From positions 928,001-992,000 of the forward strand of contig CBDFJF010000002.1 in NCBI GenBank assembly GCA_965248265.1: DNA of 64,000 nucleotides, read 5' to 3'. The stretch is from Candidatus Latescibacterota bacterium. GTDB taxonomy: Bacteria; Latescibacterota; UBA2968; UBA8231. This document shows, in pieces, positions 62,461 through 64,000 of the stretch. Position numbers and translations under genes: made by a program. Numbering within the stretch: the stretch's first letter is position 1; the number at the start of each line of letters is the position of its first letter. The notes under the pieces are model-generated. The model was not told the DNA's origin and did not search any database. It was given only the letters and a program-made list of their open reading frames with translations.

Positions 62461-63165
62461 TCAGCATAGTGGAAGCTCCAGCTGGTTGCCACCCGAGAGT
62501 TCTGGAGGGCAGGGCAAAACGCATATCGGATCGTCGAATCCAGCCTTGTTGACCCCCACTCCGACTTCGTGAGCGGTAAGATCATCGTGGCCATATGGGT
62601 GCAGCAGGCTCTGCAGTACCGAGACATCGGAATGCGAGTCGAGCCATCGTTCGCCCTCCTCCCCGGTCAAAATCGCCGGCATGCGGTTGTGGATGGCCGC
62701 GGCAAACGAATTCGGCTCCGTCGTCAGGACGGCACAGGTGCGTACAACAGCGCCGCCGGGAGCGTTCCACTCCTCCCACAGGCCGGCCATGACGAACGGG
62801 TCCTCATCGGCACGGTAGATGTACTGTGGCAGGCTGCGCTCCCTGACTCGCTTCCACTCGTAATAACCGCTGGCCGGTATAAGGCAACGGTGCCGTCTGA
62901 AGGCGTCCCGGAAGGCCGGTTTCTCATTGGCGGATTCCGAGCGGGCGTTGATCATACCGTTGCCGACAGCCGGGTCCTGAGCCCAGGACGGGACGAGGCC
63001 CCATTTGAACTGCTCGAGGGTTCGGGATTCGCGCTGCACGATGGCGCTGACCGGTTGCGATGGCGCTATGTTGTAGCGCGGCACCAGGTCCATGAGGACC
63101 TGTTCAACCCCAAAACGTTCTGCTATATCTTCCGTGCTGTGATGAAGCGTGAACCGGCCACACAT
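62461..63165 (-). CDS. SOS response-associated peptidase (SRAP, abasic-site protection)
   Basis: MCGRF, RYNIAPSQ, WGLVPSW, INARSE, YYEW, IHNRMP. Confidence 0.95.
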   Translation of the reverse strand: MCGRFTLHHSTEDIAERFGVEQVLMDLVPRYNIAPSQPVSAIVQRESRTLEQFKWGLVPSWAQDPAVGNGMINARSESANEKPAFRDAFRRHRCLIPASGYYEWKRVRERSLPQYIYRADEDPFVMAGLWEEWNAPGGAVVRTCAVLTTEPNSFAAAIHNRMPAILTGEEGERWLDSHSDVSVLQSLLHPYGHDDLTAHEVGVGVNKAGFDDPICVLPCPPELSGGNQLELPLC

Positions 63166-63425
63166 TTGGAGGCTCTTTCCTCCTTACGTTTCGTCGGTGC
63201 GAGGTGCGTCTGTGCCTGCTTCGCTTAATCTTTTCGATCCATCCTTGGATCGAAAAGAATCGGCTGCTGGCTCGCTACGCAATCCTGCTGCGCGAGCCAG
63301 CAGGCGACGCTGCACAGGCACAGACGCACCTCGCATCAGGTAACATCAGATATGAGTACCATAATCATGCGGGGGTGCAGGTTCCAGACACGGTTAGATG
63401 ATAGGGCGACCTGGAGAGGCCACGT

Positions 63426-64000
63426 ATGATGGGGGGATCGGAAGGAAAGGCAGCGGAGGCACTCGATCCGGGGGTTAGGGACGGGTTGATTGAGCATCTC
63501 GCCGGTTTTGTCAGCGATGCCAGACGGGAGCGGATTGATTGGGTGTTGGAGCGGCGGACTCGGTGTGTGACCGTGTTGTTGGAGGATGTGTATCAGCCTC
63601 ACAATGCGAGTGCGGTGCTGCGTTCCTGCGAGTGTTTCGGGGTGCAGGATGTGCATGTGTTCGAAGGGCGCAATGCGTACAGTCCGAGTCCGGATGTGGC
63701 TATGGGGGCGGCGCAGTGGTTGGATTTGGTGAAATATGCGACGAACACGGGTGACACGATTGCCAGTTGCTGCGACGAGCTGCGCTCGAGGGGGTATCGT
63801 GTGGTGGCGGCGACGCCGAGGGAGAGCGCAACGGGGTTGGATGATCTCGAGTTGAGCGAGGATCTGGCGATCATGTTGGGGACGGAAGAGGCTGGGCTGT
63901 CGGCGGCGGCATTGGCAGCGGCGGACGAGCATGTTCGCATTCCGATGCAGGGCTTCACCGAGAGCTTCAATGTATCGGTGTGCGCGGCGCTGATGTTGCA
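63426..64000 (+). CDS. trmH: TrmH/SpoU family RNA 2'-O-methyltransferase (partial, runs off the window)
   Basis: Manual translation: VLLEDVYQPHNASAVLRSCECFGVQ...MLGTEEAGLS...VRIPMQGFTESFNVSV. Confidence 0.85.
   Translation, partial: MMGGSEGKAAEALDPGVRDGLIEHLAGFVSDARRERIDWVLERRTRCVTVLLEDVYQPHNASAVLRSCECFGVQDVHVFEGRNAYSPSPDVAMGAAQWLDLVKYATNTGDTIASCCDELRSRGYRVVAATPRESATGLDDLELSEDLAIMLGTEEAGLSAAALAAADEHVRIPMQGFTESFNVSVCAALML

Noticed and set aside
63336-63970. Minus-strand ORFs at the window end
   Set aside because: They are shadows of the plus-strand TrmH gene, which has no stop in the window.

Overview
GC-rich bacterial chromosomal window. Gene content (TonB receptor, HDOD, 7TM-DISM-PP2C, DUF5343, split FeoB) is compatible with an FCB-group or Latescibacterota-like organism; this is inference only. 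About 0.5-17 kb is an accessory island. It holds a decayed IS91/ISCR-like transposase plus three further IS91-like C-terminal tails, an intact IS110-family (IS1111-type) element and an IS3-family element. Its passenger genes are a TM-receiver protein, an M15 peptidase-SH3 with a coiled-coil partner, a TonB receptor, a 7TM-DISM-PP2C and a hypothetical protein. About 17-64 kb is mostly core: ilvC-leuACDB-argJ-aminotransferase-accA, queF/queC, ispH, a DtxR/FeoA/split-FeoB metal-uptake operon, a radical SAM protein, a phage terminase-small-like orphan, sugar-acid catabolic genes, an HDOD protein, a DNA methyltransferase-SNase fusion, a hybrid kinase, SRAP and TrmH. The strongest signal is the IS110 element. 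Its 3' non-coding end contains candidates for all four bridge-RNA guides (two target, two donor, CT core). Its reconstructed target is the conserved end sequence of the IS91-like element, and an empty copy of that target lies at 16.57 kb inside a 132-bp hairpin made of two back-to-back ends. No rRNA, tRNA or CRISPR array was seen. All calls were made by eye, with no database searches.
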